Assembly (NCBI GenBank): GCA_020635015.1
Contig: JACKAP010000006.1
Span: 76,998 to 140,997 of the forward strand
From: Calditrichia bacterium
Lineage (GTDB): Bacteria > Calditrichota > Calditrichia > RBG-13-44-9 > J075
Reading direction: 5' to 3'
DNA length: 64,000 nucleotides
Shown: positions 63,953-64,000 of the stretch, piece after piece
Position numbering within the stretch: position 1 is the first letter of the stretch
How the letters are laid out: every line of letters starts with the position of its first letter
Notes under the pieces: model-generated
What the model was told of the DNA's origin: nothing
The model's database searches: none
The model's input: only the letters and a program-made list of their open reading frames with translations
Made by a program: the position numbers and the translations under genes

Positions 63953-64000
63953 TCGATTCCTCTCCGCTTTTTTCCGTCTCAGTGAAATTCAATTTACAGA

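Noticed and set aside
1-64000. tRNA, rRNA, prophage or integron features
   Set aside because: No T-loop/anticodon-arm cloverleaf candidates, no rRNA-like conserved stretches, and no integrase, capsid or terminase genes were recognised by eye. A dedicated scan (tRNAscan-SE/Infernal) would be needed to be definitive.

Overview
This is a high-GC (roughly 58-60%), gene-dense bacterial chromosomal segment that includes dnaA and a likely oriC. The gene content (GWxTD, PEGA-repeat Ser/Thr kinase, DUF5683-like, M56/M23 peptidases, TPR-CHAT) is suggestive of an uncultivated FCB-superphylum-like lineage; that placement is inference only. I call about 55 protein genes. They include housekeeping genes (ftsY, rimO, tsaC, ridA, rpmB, dnaA, glgC, kefG/kefB), two two-component modules, blaI-blaR1-like antirepressor genes, an ECF sigma/anti-sigma/TPR-CHAT module, and many peptidases. 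I found no tRNA, rRNA, CRISPR array or transposase. Four things stand out. (1) A tightly coupled six-gene minus-strand operon (36527-42765) encodes a UT-like membrane domain fused to an M23 peptidase, an outer-membrane beta-barrel, a small secreted protein, a PqqD-like RRE protein, an ATP-grasp ligase and a DapDC-family PLP decarboxylase; I cannot place this combination in any described system. (2) Intergenic DNA carries tandem 7-nt repeats (GGATAAA, GGATGAA, GCATCCA, CCATCAA, ACATCCA, GGTTGTT, TGGGTGA), often as mirrored arrays. One pair forms inverted repeats of roughly 250 bp or more bracketing an S9 peptidase gene. (3) A roughly 95-bp palindromic MITE-like element occurs in three copies. 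(4) A roughly 55-bp hairpin element occurs twice upstream of genes, and a REP-like palindrome sits at two stop codons. Several ORF-track entries are artefacts: reading frames through heptamer tracts and GC-rich antisense shadow ORFs. mqnA appears frameshifted.
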